Source: Eledone cirrhosa (lineage: Eukaryota). Taken from it: a stretch of DNA of 64,000 nucleotides. Numbering within the stretch: position 1 is the stretch's first letter; every line of letters begins with the position of its first letter. The translations under genes were made by a program, and so were the position numbers. A model generated the notes under the pieces. That model had not been told where the DNA came from. It saw nothing but the letters and a program-made list of their open reading frames with translations, and ran no database searches. Positions 19,234-32,107 of this stretch are shown here, piece by piece. The stretch is taken from positions 23,560,001 through 23,624,000 of the forward strand of contig OZ024745.1 in the NCBI GenBank assembly GCA_964016885.1, in the 5' to 3' direction.

Positions 19234-19552
19234 GTAAGGTTTTTTTTACAAAATGAAAAATAACCGAGGTGTCCTACACGAGTGGAAGTATAAAGAAAAA
19301 GGGATGAAATCGAAAATGCAACTGAAGTCTTATTTTTTTTTAAATATATATATTTATTTGGTTCCTTTACCGGTTTCGCAGTTCTTCTGCTTTTCAAAAG
19401 GTGAGTTGAGATGGAGGGTCTGCCACAGACCCTCCATCTCAACTCACCTTTTGAAAAGCAGAAGAACTGCGAAACCGGTAAAGGAACCAAATAAATATAT
19501 ATATTTAAAAAAAAATAAGACTTCAGTTGCATTTTCGATTTCATCCCTTTTT

Positions 19553-19559
<7 letters not shown>
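19227..19559. mobile_element. Fold-back element: perfect 134-bp arms, 3-nt loop, 62-bp unpaired tail, (TA)n on both sides
   Basis: 19289-19422 is the reverse complement of 19426-19559; the ORF track gives near-identical peptides on both strands. Confidence 0.85.
19447..19484 (+). ncRNA. Minimal type I hammerhead-like motif with variant core (mirrored in the other arm)
   Basis: cctt TTGAAAA gcag aagaa ctgc GAAAC cg GTA aagg: helices I and II pair, helix III is palindromic. Confidence 0.6.
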
Positions 19560-19589
<30 letters not shown>

Positions 19590-19662
19590 TTGGTGCTCTG
19601 AAATAGCGATATATATATGAATGTATATATAGTGCATTTTGAAATACACTGTATGCTTAATT

Positions 19663-19730
19663 AAAGGGAGATAAGCTGACAGATCTCTGTTTCATACTGT
19701 TGGTATTCCTCAGAGCTTAGCACTCCCTTT
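19663..19730 (-). ncRNA. Canonical type I hammerhead ribozyme
   Basis: Minus strand: aaagggag..taagct CTGAGGA atac caaca gtat GAAAC agagatct GTC agctta..ctcccttt; all three helices pair. Confidence 0.8.
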
Positions 19731-20039
19731 GTTTGTTGAAAATTATGAATGTTGGATTCTTATAGAATTCCAGTAATAATCAGGAACTGATTATACAGAG
19801 CGGTCCAGCAATAAATTGAAAATTAGAATTGGTGCTCTGAAATAGCGATATATATATATGAATGTTTATATAGTGTATTTTGCAATACACTGTATGCTTA
19901 ATTAAAAGCATTTTGAAGACGTTACGCTATTGTTTTAAAGTAGTGACTATGTCACTTACTTCTTTTTCAACAAACAAAGGGAGATACGATATATATATAT
20001 ATATAAACACAAGTGCAATAAATATGACAAAGTTTAGTT

Positions 20040-20290
20040 GTTAATTAATCCATTATCTTACGATCGTTTCCAAGGGCAAAATAAACAAGCATTTTATTGA
20101 TATATTGACTAATCGATGGTTGTTATGCAACTCCAGAACACGATCTGAAAATGAACAGTAGAATGGATGTATTTTCTCATGGCTAATACTATGGAGTTAC
20201 ATAACTGTTATCGATTTGTCAATATATCGATGAATTTTGTGTTTATTTTACACTCGAAAGCAATCGTAAAACAAACAACGGATTAATTAA
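20040..20290. repeat. Diverged inverted repeat (old fold-back element)
   Basis: 20040-20135 is an imperfect reverse complement of 20191-20290. Confidence 0.65.
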
Positions 20291-20510
20291 CTACTACACA
20301 TTGTCTTCTTGTGATTTTTTTTCATTATTCAACATTATATATACATATATATATACATATATACATACATATAATAAAAGTATGTGTCCTATATGTAATT
20401 AATACATACAGGGATATAAGTATAGCCCGTATGCCAGTGTGGTTCAATAGCAAGTTAATAAATTAACAAGCCAGAACAAGGGAGTTTAAACACAGAAAAT
20501 ATCTTTTAAA

Positions 20511-20700
20511 ATAATTGTTTCTACTTTTGGCACAAGGCCAGCAATTAATCAGTAGATTACTGGTATTTTATTTTATCGACCCCGTAAGGACGAAAGGCAA
20601 AGTTAACCTCGGCGGGATTTGAACTCAGAATGGCAAGGGTCGTAACTCTATGCGTCAAAGCATGGCGTCCGACCCTCTACCGATACTGCCAATTCACCGC
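20511..20700 (-). mobile_element. SINE family A, near full length
   Basis: Reverse complement of the family core including the head. Confidence 0.88.
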
Positions 20701-20796
20701 AAAAAATAATAATAAATAATTAAATTCCAAAAAATTCACCTTTAAAATTCATTATTATTTTTAAAGATATTTTCTCTGTTTACACTCCCTTGATTT

Positions 20797-21380
20797 TATA
20801 TGTACGTATGGGTTTACCGAACATTTATTATATATATATGTGTGCATGTATGTATGTATATACATACTACTGTACGTCTGTATACATATATGTATGTACG
20901 TATACATACTTATATTTAAGTATCAACCGTACTAAGAGTGAGAAATGAAATTTCATTTTTTCCATTTATCGTTTTCGGTACGCCCGGTCGACTAACTCAC
21001 TCGATATGGAAATTAGGCTGCTAAGCCGTTAATATGCATAAGGAAAGTATAGACTTTCAAACGTTCAATCGACTGACAGGAAGGTATACGGTGCTGATGA
21101 CAGCTAATAAGCTAGAAATTAGTTCATCGTTCCTTTGTCAGTGTTGAACAATATGGCAATGATGGTTGCCAAACACTGTACGGTTAATAATTCGGGCTGT
21201 TTGTTTACAAACAAACCAAGCATTATAATAAATGTTCGGTAAACCCATACGTACATATATATATGTGTGCATGTATGTATATACATACTACTGTACGTCT
21301 GTATACATATATGTATGTACGTATACATATTAAGTATCAACCATACTAAGAGTGAGAAATGAAATTTCATTTTTTCCATT
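20797..21380. mobile_element. pLTR-like element with direct and inverted partial repeats
   Basis: 20830-20968 repeats at 21255-21380; 20797-20830 is inverted at 21225-21258; contains a hammerhead motif. Confidence 0.6.
21088..21130 (+). ncRNA. Minimal type I hammerhead motif, slightly decayed
   Basis: acggtg CTGATGA c agct aata agct a GAAAT ta GTT catcgt. Confidence 0.55.
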
Positions 21381-21550
21381 CATATATAGACATACATATA
21401 TACACCCCGTCTCCCTCTCCCCACTCCACCCGCCACCACCTCTACTCACCCCACACCCTTCCTCCACCTGTTTACCCCCCCTTTTAATTTCAGTTTATTT
21501 TGATCATGCCTTTATTTTTAAATTTTCTCATTCCTTGTATTTTGATCATG

Positions 21551-21602
<52 letters not shown>

Positions 21603-21710
21603 TATTTTTTGTCTTTATTTGTTAATTTTTCATTCGCACCGTTTCCTTTCGCTATATGTCTCTCCACCACTCCCCTACACACCTTTTGAACTCTGTTCCC
21701 ACACACTTCT

Positions 21711-21743
21711 CACCTGAGGAAGGGCTTATGCCCGAAACGTCGT
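21711..21743 (+). ncRNA. Hammerhead core motif in a pLTR-like fragment between (TA)n tracts
   Basis: CTGAGGA a gggc ttat gccc GAAAC gtc GTC; helix I partner not evident. Confidence 0.5.
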
Positions 21744-21832
21744 CCCCCACCTACCCCCCCACTCTCCTGAGCGTGAATTTAATAAACATTTATTGTACTG
21801 CCTCTCTGTTCAAATTTTTCATTATATATATT

Positions 21833-21866
<34 letters not shown>

Positions 21867-21872
21867 TATATA

Positions 21873-23050
21873 TCAACCACCAGTCACATCCTGATGCTGA
21901 GGAGGATATTAGAGGGAGCTAGAGCAAAGTGCCTTCCTGCGGTCATGGTTTTCATTGACTTTAGGAAGGCCTTTGATTCTGTGGACCATCACTGTCTGAT
22001 GAAGATCTTACAGGCTTATGGAATCCCCAAGAGGATAGTGGACCTGATATCACTGCTCTACACCAACACCAAAGCCCAAGTCATTACACCTGATGGGATG
22101 ACAGAGTTCTTTGAGATACTGGCTGGAGTGCTCCAGGGAGATACATTGGCTCCCTACCTTTTTATCATCGTAGTGGACTATTGTATGCGCCTTGCACTGG
22201 AGAAACACCAGGACTTTGGCTTTACTGTAGCACCGGCTCAGAGCAGGAGAGTTGGGGCGAAAAAGGTATCGGATGCTGAATTTGCCGACGACATAGTTTT
22301 GGTGACAAATACAGTGAAGGAGGCAGAGGATTTGATGCGGGAGGTTGAGACTGTCGATGAGTGTGGGGCTGAGAATGAATGAGACTAAAACAAAATATCT
22401 GGTAGAGAATGTTGAGAAGCCAGAGGGGATCACTAATGTAGGCGGGAAGCCGCTGGAATTGGTTGAGGACTTCCTGTATTTGGGAGCAAAGATTGGGAAT
22501 ACGGAGGATGATGTGGTTGAGAGGAAGAGCAAGGCCTGGGCGGCGTGCCACAGCTTGAGATCGGTGTGGAAGTCGGACCTTCGTAGATACCTGAAAATCC
22601 GCCTCTTCATTGCTGTAGTGGAGTCTGTGCTGCTGTATGGGTCTGAGACTTGGACACTGACCAAGAAACTCACTCAGATGGTGGATGGGTGCTACACGAG
22701 AATGTTGAGGATGGCTCTGAACATTAATCAGTATACACTGAGGATGAAAAACTCAGAGCTGTATGGGAGCATCCCAAAAGTCAGCTCAAAAGTGACACAG
22801 AGGAGACTGAGGTTGGCTGGACATGCTCACCGACATCCAGAGTTGACATTGCACTCAGTGCTCCTTTGGGAGCCCCTACATGGACACACTAGAAGAGGAA
22901 GACCAAGGTTAACATATGTTGATGCCCTAAGGACAGACACTGGTCTGTTGGAGATGCAGGATATGGCAGCGATAATGAGGGACAGAGACCGCTGGAGAGA
23001 ACTCGTCCATGGATCACGGGAATTTTACCCGCCTTAGATAGATAGATAGA
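21873..23050 (+). mobile_element. 5'-truncated RTE-clade LINE, reverse transcriptase and C-terminus, one frameshift
   Basis: FIDFRKAFDSVDH, GVLQGDTLAPYLF, EFADD, LLYGSETW, RLAGH and RGRP motifs; frameshift near 22355; (TAGA)n tail. Confidence 0.93.
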
Positions 23051-23275
23051 CACACATATATATACACACACACACACACATATATATATATACACACACA
23101 CACACATATATATATATACAGACGCACACACATATATGTATATACACACCCACACACATATATATACATATATATATGTATATATATCCATATTTATATC
23201 TATATCTATCTATCTATCTATATATCTATATATGTATATATATATATTATATATATTATGTATATCAGATATATA

Positions 23276-23317
<42 letters not shown>

Positions 23318-23704
23318 GTCGCATCAACTTATGTATATATATATCGGAGTATATATATATATATATATTAGTTTGTGTGTGTGTCGGTGACTCTGTGTGT
23401 GCGTTCACAAATACACACACTGACACATACATGCACTTATATAAATGTGTGTGTGCGTGAATGTGTATGTGTGCATGTGTGGGGGAGTGTGTGCGTGTAC
23501 ACACCCTTAAATATTTGTATGTGTGTGAGTTGGTATATTTGAGTGCGTGTACATCTGAACGTGTTTGAGTGACTGTTGAGAAGTAGTGCGGGGGGTGGGG
23601 GAATTGTTGCGAAAATATCTGTGAAGGTCACTCAGTACACCTAGTATTTCTGTGTGTGTGTATTTATGTATATATATATATATATATGTATGCATGTTTG
23701 TATG

Positions 23705-23737
<33 letters not shown>

Positions 23738-23826
23738 ATAATATATATATGTATATATATAATATATATGTATATATATATATAATATATATGTATAAAT
23801 ATATTATATATATGTAATAAGGAGTT

Positions 23827-23866
<40 letters not shown>

Positions 23867-23915
23867 GTATATCATATATATATATATATTATATATATTA
23901 TGTATATCAGATATA

Positions 23916-24009
<94 letters not shown>

Positions 24010-24038
24010 GCATCAACTTATGTATATATATATCGGAG

Positions 24039-24070
<32 letters not shown>

Positions 24071-24343
24071 CAAGTAGGTACTATGTTTATATTTATGTAT
24101 ATATATATGTATGGATGTATGGGTGGATGTGTGGATGAATGGTGTGAGTATGTGCGTGCGCGTGTGTGTGTGTGTGTGGTTGGAGGAAGATGTGTATGTG
24201 TTAGAAGGTAGATCGATAGATAGAACAACGTGAGGGGGATAGATTAGAGGGGGAAAGAGAAAGAGAATTAGTAAAAGAAATTAAGAGAGAGAGAGAAGAG
24301 TAAATACCTTGGAGGAAAAAGAAAAAAATTCTCTCTCTCTCCA

Positions 24344-24380
<37 letters not shown>

Positions 24381-24518
24381 ACATAATTGTGGGAGTGAAA
24401 GAAAAGCGATAGAGAGGATGTTCAACAGAAACAGAGGTGTGAAATATATGTACATATGTATGTATGTATGTATATATATGTGTATGTGTGTGATTATATA
24501 TATATGTGTGTGTGTGAT

Positions 24519-24605
<87 letters not shown>

Positions 24606-24708
24606 ATAGATTTGTACGTGTATATGTGTAAATCTCTCTCGCTATTTATATATATATATATATGTACTTATTTATACATAGGCATATAAAGAGAAAGTGA
24701 GAGAGGGA

Positions 24709-24740
<32 letters not shown>
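23050..24740. repeat. Compound (TA)n/(TG)n/(GA)n region with a local duplication
   Basis: gtcgcatcaacttatgtatat...cggagt block at both 23318 and 24007. Confidence 0.85.
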
Positions 24741-24743
<3 letters not shown>

Positions 24744-25305
24744 CTGATCTGTGTTGATCCGAGCTCTGCCGAAGTATTTAATATGTGGTGTGTGCGGCGG
24801 AAGTGGCTAGTATACACAGTGGGTGGCGGTAGAGGTGTACCGCATTAAAGGTCACGCGGTGCAGTCTGATCACACAATCCGTTTGTAACCTCACCACCAC
24901 CACTATAGATACCCCCAACTCCACCACCACCTCCTCTCATCATTCACCACCTCCCACCCTTCCGTCGTCAAAACCACCTTCCCCACCTCTACCAACAAAC
25001 CGCGATCGACACTACCACCGCCACCCCCATCAGCAACCTCTCCACTATCACCAAAACCACCACCATCACCACTATCATCACCATCATCATCATATTGAAC
25101 ACAAGCCAGCCACCATCGTCACCATTATCGTTACAATTGCCACTATTATAATCATCACTCCCAACACTAGTAACAAACACCAGTACGAATCCCCCCCCCC
25201 CGCCACTATCCCCCCCTACCGCCACCACTACCACGCCCTCCAGCCGAAGTATACGATTAAATTATAACAGTATAGAGGTAACCACAACTGTGTAAATCTG
25301 TGTGT

Positions 25306-25343
<38 letters not shown>

Positions 25344-25348
<5 letters not shown>

Positions 25349-25583
25349 CGCAAAAATGTTCCAATTAGTTCCAATTAGTACGTCCATTTCAAGCGATAGG
25401 GTATATAACTTTACATATCTCCTTTTCCTCGTGGTTGTTTAGATGAAGTACATACTTTCAGGTGAGAACCCAAATAGGTTTGAAAATTGATTAAATGTAT
25501 TTTAACATTTTTTCTTTTTCAATTTACAGGAAAATATGAATATTTGACCCGTTTATGTGTCTATATACTAAAAATGTGTGTAT

Positions 25584-25680
<97 letters not shown>

Positions 25681-25917
25681 CACACATTTTTAGTATATAG
25701 ACACATAAACGGGTCAAATATTCATATTTTCCTGTAAATTGAAAAAGAAAAAATGTTAAAATACATTTAATCAATTTTCAAACCTATTTGGGTTCTCACC
25801 TGAAAGTATGTACTTCATCTAAACAACCACGAGGAAAAGGAGATATGTAAAGTTATATACCCTATCGCTTGAAATGGACGTACTAATTGGAACTAATTGG
25901 AACATTTTTGCGCTCAT
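25344..25917. repeat. 574-bp palindrome: about 240-bp arms around (CA)n(TA)n(TG)n
   Basis: 25344-25584 is the reverse complement of 25677-25917; mirror-image ORFs in the track. Confidence 0.92.
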
Positions 25918-26074
25918 GTTGGTAGTCGGTTAAGTTGTGCGCTAGGCAGCCGAAGTATATAATAATTTTAATTCTAACGGTAGAGAGAGCGAGAGATAGA
26001 TAGAAAGAAAGAGAAAGAGAGGGGGGGTCGTCAAGATCTCAGACCTCATTCGCTTACAGATTGGGGGTGGAACT

Positions 26075-26250
26075 CGTCAAATCGGACCAAGAAAACAATG
26101 TTTGTATCGGTCTTACCATTGCTACCGGTCGCAACTCCTGGTAAAAGGAACAACGTGAAATAAAGTGTCTTGCTCAAGGCCATAACGCATCGCCCGCTCC
26201 GGGAATCGAACTCACAACCTCACGATTGCGAATCTAGGCCACACGTCTTA
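26075..26250 (-). mobile_element. tRNA-derived SINE family B (CORE-like domain)
   Basis: Minus strand GAGTTCGATTCC B box, then ccttgagcaagacactttatttcacgttg; homologous to 52175-52377. Confidence 0.8.
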
Positions 26251-26261
26251 TCGCTAACCCT

Positions 26262-26586
26262 AATAATTGTTTCTGATTTAGGCACAATTTTGGGAAAGGG
26301 GAAAGTCGATTAGATTGAGCCCGGTGCGTTCACGGTACTTTATTTTATCAACCTCGGAAGGATGAAAGGCAAAGCTAACCTCGACGGGATTTGAACCCAG
26401 ACGTAAAGGGTCATAATTCTATGTCGCAAAGCATGTTGTCCGACAATAATGATGATGATTTGCCATTCTGAGTTCAAATCCCGCCGAGGTTAACTTTGCC
26501 TTTCATCCTTACGGGGTCGATAATATAAAGTACCAGTAATACACTGGGATAATTGTTGGCCGTGTGCCAAAAGTAGAAACAATTAT
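26262..26586. mobile_element. Two SINE family A copies head-to-head (26262-26443 minus, 26466-26586 plus)
   Basis: Family core on each strand. Confidence 0.85.
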
Positions 26587-27201
26587 GATGATGATGATGA
26601 CCACGACGACGATGATGATATTGTTGATGATGATGATGGTGATGAGGATGGTGGTGTTGATGATGATGATGATGGGTAAATAACAAAGCACGCCAAAAAT
26701 CAGTCCCTTGTGTAAGAACACGATATTGATTAGATCGATCTACAGCAATAGAAATGTGAATATAAATGAATATGAGAAACTTATGAATGAAGAGAACGGT
26801 CTAATGTTAGAAATATTAAATATGACAATTATCTAAAAATGAAAATAATTAAAGAGTTAAAATCGATATATCTTCCGTCATTAGACCAACGAAATACCAA
26901 CCCAAAGATAAAACTCAATTCCGAAAAATGGCAACAACAAAAAGAAATACAAAATAGTTATAGCGGAAATAGATATATGACCGAGATAAATTTGACCAAG
27001 ATAAATCAAATAATTGTATTTGTTATATAGCTTTTGAGGAGGTGGTTTGTTCTAGTTAAACAGTGCCGTCTTAAAGCTATCCGCCAAACAGAGAAACGCC
27101 CAAAGACCAGGTAGTGGTATTTAAACGAGGTGATGGATTAAGTCTACCAACTAGGAACATGAATGTTGCTCCTTCAGACTGATAAATGACAAGTCAGTCA
27201 A

Positions 27202-27490
27202 TCATATTGGTGGCCTCTCATCAGTCCTGGCAGACAGAATGGAGAAGGCGTTTCCCCGGAGGACGGCAAGGGAGACGCGCTGGAAAAGCCATTCCAGCTC
27301 GCGAGGTTCACACATGTGGCTGGCAAGCTCAGCGCCTATGGGGTGAATAGGGAGGTAGCCCTAGGACCATAAGTCTCCACTGCCAAGAGTACAACCTCAA
27401 ACCTGTCGGAGAGCGACCGGTATTTGAAGAGTTTGGCCTCCTCAGCCCGACGTGCAGCAGAACCTGAGTTAGTCGCAGCCTGGCTGCTGC
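27202..27490 (-). mobile_element. CRE-clade non-LTR retrotransposon relic, end of the restriction-like endonuclease
   Basis: AARRAEEAKLFKYRSLSDRFEVVLLAVETYGP / EPRELEWLFQRVSLAVLRGNAFSIL, typical CRE C-terminus, with a frameshift. Confidence 0.78.
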
Positions 27491-27623
27491 AGTAATCTCA
27501 AATACGATAGATGATAACTTATTTAAACATCTCATAAAACAGCTACGGGCCGCGTAGCAATTGTTTCTCTTTCGGCGAGACGAATTGTTGAAATAGCGGA
27601 GGACATTGAAGCATAATTGTTAG

Positions 27624-27907
27624 CAAGGTTGGGTTTAGACCTTGGGGGTCCCAGGGCACTTCAGTTTTTTAATTAAAATACACAGCAAACCCCCCAATTT
27701 TACATATCAAAGTTAACTTTGCCCAAGTAATTGGAATTGAAAAGTTATACATACAGGTATTAAATTCAAAACCATCCTAAAACTAAAAAGCCCAGCTGTG
27801 GGCACAAATAAATTGATAGGACATTCACTGGTACCCCCCCTCCCCCTACTACAGAGGGCCCCGAGCAATTACTCCCTTTTCCCCCTCCCCCAATAAATCC
27901 AGCCCTG
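27624..27907. mobile_element. hAT-type MITE
   Basis: Imperfect TIRs caaggttgggttta / taaatccagccctg; 8-bp TSD attgttag / attgctag. Confidence 0.75.
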
Positions 27908-29149
27908 ATTGCTAGAGAGGATTACTGAGTCACCGGTCGGTGTAGAAATTGTCTTGCATGGCTCTAGTCTGTAGCACAAAAAGGTTGGTGATCACTGTCA
28001 TATAGGACAGAAAATAAAATTCAAATGAGTCCTTGAAAACATACCCCAACCCATACGTAAAAGGCGGGGAACAAATCATAGAGAACTAAAGAAAATAAAC
28101 TAAAATAAATCTCATTTCTTAATGAGAACAACAATGGTTTCTGATTTAGACACAAGGCCAGCAATTTAGGGGGAAGATGAAAGGTAAAGCTAACTTCGGT
28201 GTGATTTGAACTCAGAATGCTACGAAGCAGGATGCCGACTTTCTACCGATACTGACAAGTGAAGGAAAATACGAAAACAAATATTTACAGCTGAAGTAAT
28301 ATTGTGTCAGTGACCATGTTGCAGTGGTGCGACGAAAATTTGACTCATCCCGAAATAAATCAATAATGAATATAATACAATTATTTTTGTGACTTTTAAC
28401 ATGATTAAAATGGTTCTTCAACGATTTAATTGTTTTTAATTTGAACAGCTGTCAAACGTGTACAACTCCGAAATTTTGAAAGCTTGAACCAGGTTACAAA
28501 GAAATGAAAATTGAATCTAACAGGTTTTGTGTGTTTTATATAGCTGTATTGGCGCTTCCACCATGTAACTATTTTAGTTTCAATACATCGCCACATATCA
28601 AGTCAATACTAAATAAGTACACATTCACCCCACCCCTCTCTCATTTTATAGAAACACAGAAAAACAAGAACAGAACTGACGACATTTATGAGATCTTAAT
28701 ACAAGATATTTTAGCTAAGTCACAATAAAATCAGTCACGATTGTTTTGTTTGTTATTTATTTTTTCCTTTTCAACCAAACTAAACAGCTCCAACGATGTT
28801 ACCAAGAAATAGATGAAAGCATACTAGAAACCAATACAGGTACTAACAAAAATAGAAATAAAAGAATTTGTTTGTGCGATATTGAATGGATTGCTGTGGC
28901 TGAGAACAAGAATATACAACAAAAACAAGAAAATACAGCATCAGAACAACCACTGTATAAAACAACAACTCAAGTAATACTCCAGATACAAGACGGTGCC
29001 TGAGCATGGCCTCAACCGGAGGGCTGGAACAGGTAGAAAACTAAAGGAGTATACGACATAACACCAACAACTAGGGGACAGGAAGAAATGCTAATCTTAT
29101 GGCTAAACTATCTAACAGATTCTTTATTTACTTCCTTAATTGTGTTGGA

Positions 29150-29440
29150 TTATGGAATTTTGGGGGTTCCCCCGAAGGGTTTTTAGAGTAACATTACTTG
29201 ATAGAGGACGAAGCTAGGAGATTAGAGAATTGCTCCAGGTAGAGCCGCTACTTCTCTGAATTGAGAGATTACAGCTCCGATATTACGGGCATGTGGTTAG
29301 AATGTCTCAGGAAATAATCACTAGACAGATTTTTCGGGTAAAACCAACTGACAGGAGATCCAGGAGTAGACACCGAGCCAGATGTTTTAGACAATATCCA
29401 TGGGCTTGGGGATCCAGCAAGATCAATGGGAGACGGTAAT
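29150..29440 (+). mobile_element. Degenerate RTE LINE 3' fragment
   Basis: EIRELLQVEPLLL*IERLQLRYYGHVVRMSQEIITRQIFRVKPTDRRSRSRHR. Confidence 0.75.
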
Positions 29441-30515
29441 ATATCCATTCAGTATATAACACAGAGCGAGTTTTTCAAAGAGTTTATTTTGTTTACGGAA
29501 TTTCAAAAATATATTTAAACAACAAAGAGTGGCATGGTTACTCTATTTTGTCTTTATTCATTTAATCCAATTGTATATACGTTGCAACCATTTTAAGTTT
29601 CATCATTACACTTGGGATTCTAAATATGTTTTGAAAGATTCACAGTTTAAGTGGTGTAGTTAATACGAAGCATTGTGTGATAAGTAATAAAAAATCGACA
29701 ATTTCAAAAGCCGGTACAATGCTGTAGAAAAATACAAAAGGCCAATGGTGACAAATAAAACAAAACAAAGTCATCGAATTGTTCTATTTATCGTCATTGT
29801 ACCGGCTTTTTGAAATTATCGGTCTTTTATTCACAATGTATTGTGAATGTTTTATTGGAATGACATAATGTACAGACATAGTTTACAGAATGAGACAAGA
29901 TGTTGCTACCTAATTTCATTAGCCAGTTGTAACATCTAAGTCCCGTTCGCAGCGGTCCAGCCTCTGCTTTATCAAGCAAGTCCAAATAAAAAAAAACTGT
30001 TACACTTTTTTCCTTTAACAAGGAATGTTCAACAGTGTTTTTGTGTTTGGTAGCAACAGCAAAACAGTTAATGTGGGGCACGGGTTTAAAAAGGTTTGAG
30101 ATTAGGTGATTTTCATTTGAATGACGCCCTTTTAGTCTTAATATCCAGCATCATAGTAAGTTGAATGTAAAGGTTTAAAGAGAGGGAGCAACGATTATTT
30201 CCGGGAATTATCTAGGTGTTAAACAGAATGGACCCAACATAGTTTTCGGAAGATTTTCAGTTCGGAGATTATTGTCAACATTTTAAAGCCAAGTGTTAAT
30301 ATATTCAATGTAATGATCATTAAAAATGCAACCATTAATAATCATGCGATAAGAAAACGACAGCACTGTTTGAGCTACTATTTTCGTTGCTTCGACAAGT
30401 ACGAATGCAACACGAGCCCTTCCAGTATAACATAGACTTATTGGCCGAAGTAGGATGACAGAACTACTAAATGCATGTACCATATTTTATAAGAGTTGGC
30501 AAGAAAAGATTAACT

Positions 30516-30702
30516 TACGAGGGTCAGATGAAAAGTTCATAAGCTGACCAAGATACTCTCATGGAATGACCAAATGATATTTTATTTTCAACGTAGTACA
30601 TGGAAAGAAACAAGAAGATTTGAAATTAATCTATGCAAGATTTCACAGCTCTAGCATCAGTCCTGCATAGTCAGCTTGTGAACCTTTCAGCCCACATTCA
30701 TA
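30516..30702 (+). mobile_element. Tc1/mariner-type MITE
   Basis: TIRs TAcgagggtcagatgaaaagttcataagctgac / gtcagcttgtgaacctttcagcccacattcaTA. Confidence 0.8.
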
Positions 30703-31159
30703 TAATACTGGTCTCTATGTGTGAATGGTGGGGCCAATAACGCTGTTAGAACTCCATATAGTACAGAAGTAATAATTCAAACGAACACTATAAACATTTT
30801 GGAGGGGAGTAATTGAAGTGGGCCAGACGGGTGGGTGGTCTGTGGGACCCTTAACAGTGAGAATGTCGGAAACTAGTGAGTTAGTGCAAGGTCTTAAGTG
30901 AGAGAAGCGGTGACACACACTAGAAATTCAGACATTTACATGAAAATGTTAATAGCTCGGACATTTTATAAATTATTCAAAAAATTATTGTAAACATCTT
31001 CAGGCTTGTGTGCACACTATACTAAACAGTTCATTGAACATTGGTGATTTCATTTGCGAGAAACATTTGCACTTCATTGCATTTCGGTGCACATATAAGA
31101 TAACATTCACTGGAAATACTGCGCTTTAATATACACATATCTGTATGTTGTTCACACTC

Positions 31160-31296
31160 TACTACTACTAGTACTATTGCTGCTGCTACTACTACTACCG
31201 CTACCACTACCACTGCTACTACTATCACCATCACCACTACTACTACTACCACCACCACCACCATCACTATCACACTATCACCACCACCATCACTAT

Positions 31297-31350
<54 letters not shown>
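31160..31350. repeat. (ACT)n/(ACC)n microsatellite
   Basis: Direct reading. Confidence 0.9.
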
Positions 31351-31353
<3 letters not shown>

Positions 31354-31617
31354 AGATCGATCAACCCCTTCAACCCCTTCCGTCTTCTATTCTTCTCTCT
31401 CGTTCTCTCTATCTCTCACTCCCTGTCTATCTCTCTCACTTCCTCTTACTTTCCCCTCTGTTTCGCGGACTCTCCACCTCTTTCACTTTAAAACATATAG
31501 TCACATGTTAAAATATACAGATTTATGTACTAAAGGCGAATTTTAACCCACAACTTGTAATTCAATCTGGCGACCTTCATATGTTGCAAAGGCCAGATAC
31601 AGGAGTTTCTATTTCGG

Positions 31618-31748
31618 ATTCTAATTTAGGCACAAAGCCAGCAAATTTGAGGTGGAAGGGAAAGTAGATTAAATTAACTCTAGTACGTGACTGGTACTTT
31701 ATTTCATCGACGTCGGATGGATGAAAGGCAAAGTTGACCTCAGCGGGA
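31618..31748 (-). mobile_element. SINE family A fragment
   Basis: Reverse complement of the family core. Confidence 0.75.
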
Positions 31749-32107
31749 ACGAGAACTTTGTAGGAAGTACCAGTTAAATATTGAGGTTGATAAGTTGAAA
31801 ACATTTTTATATCTTAGACGGTGGATATCATGAATGGTGGACAACGGAAGTTAACCATAACACACATATTTCCCCCAAATGCTTGCAATAGTGAGAACTC
31901 CATTAAAGATTCTAAAGATGGGGTGTGGTGGTATTAAGCCTGAGAGCCAGGAGGTAGATTAAGTTTACTACATAAGATATTAAAAGGCGAAGAACCAGAA
32001 GTATACTGCTCGTAATCCCATCCAAGGCTCTTTTAACGAAATCGAAAAGATGAAAGACAAAGTGTACTTCGACAGGGTTTGAACTCAGCACCTAAAGAGC
32101 CGGAAAA

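Noticed and set aside
22050-22673. Minus-strand 207-aa and 109-aa ORFs
   Set aside because: Antisense shadows of the RTE RT frame
28997-29040. Hammerhead-like ctgagca..ggcc..ggct ggaac
   Set aside because: Both core boxes are mutated and there is no helix I
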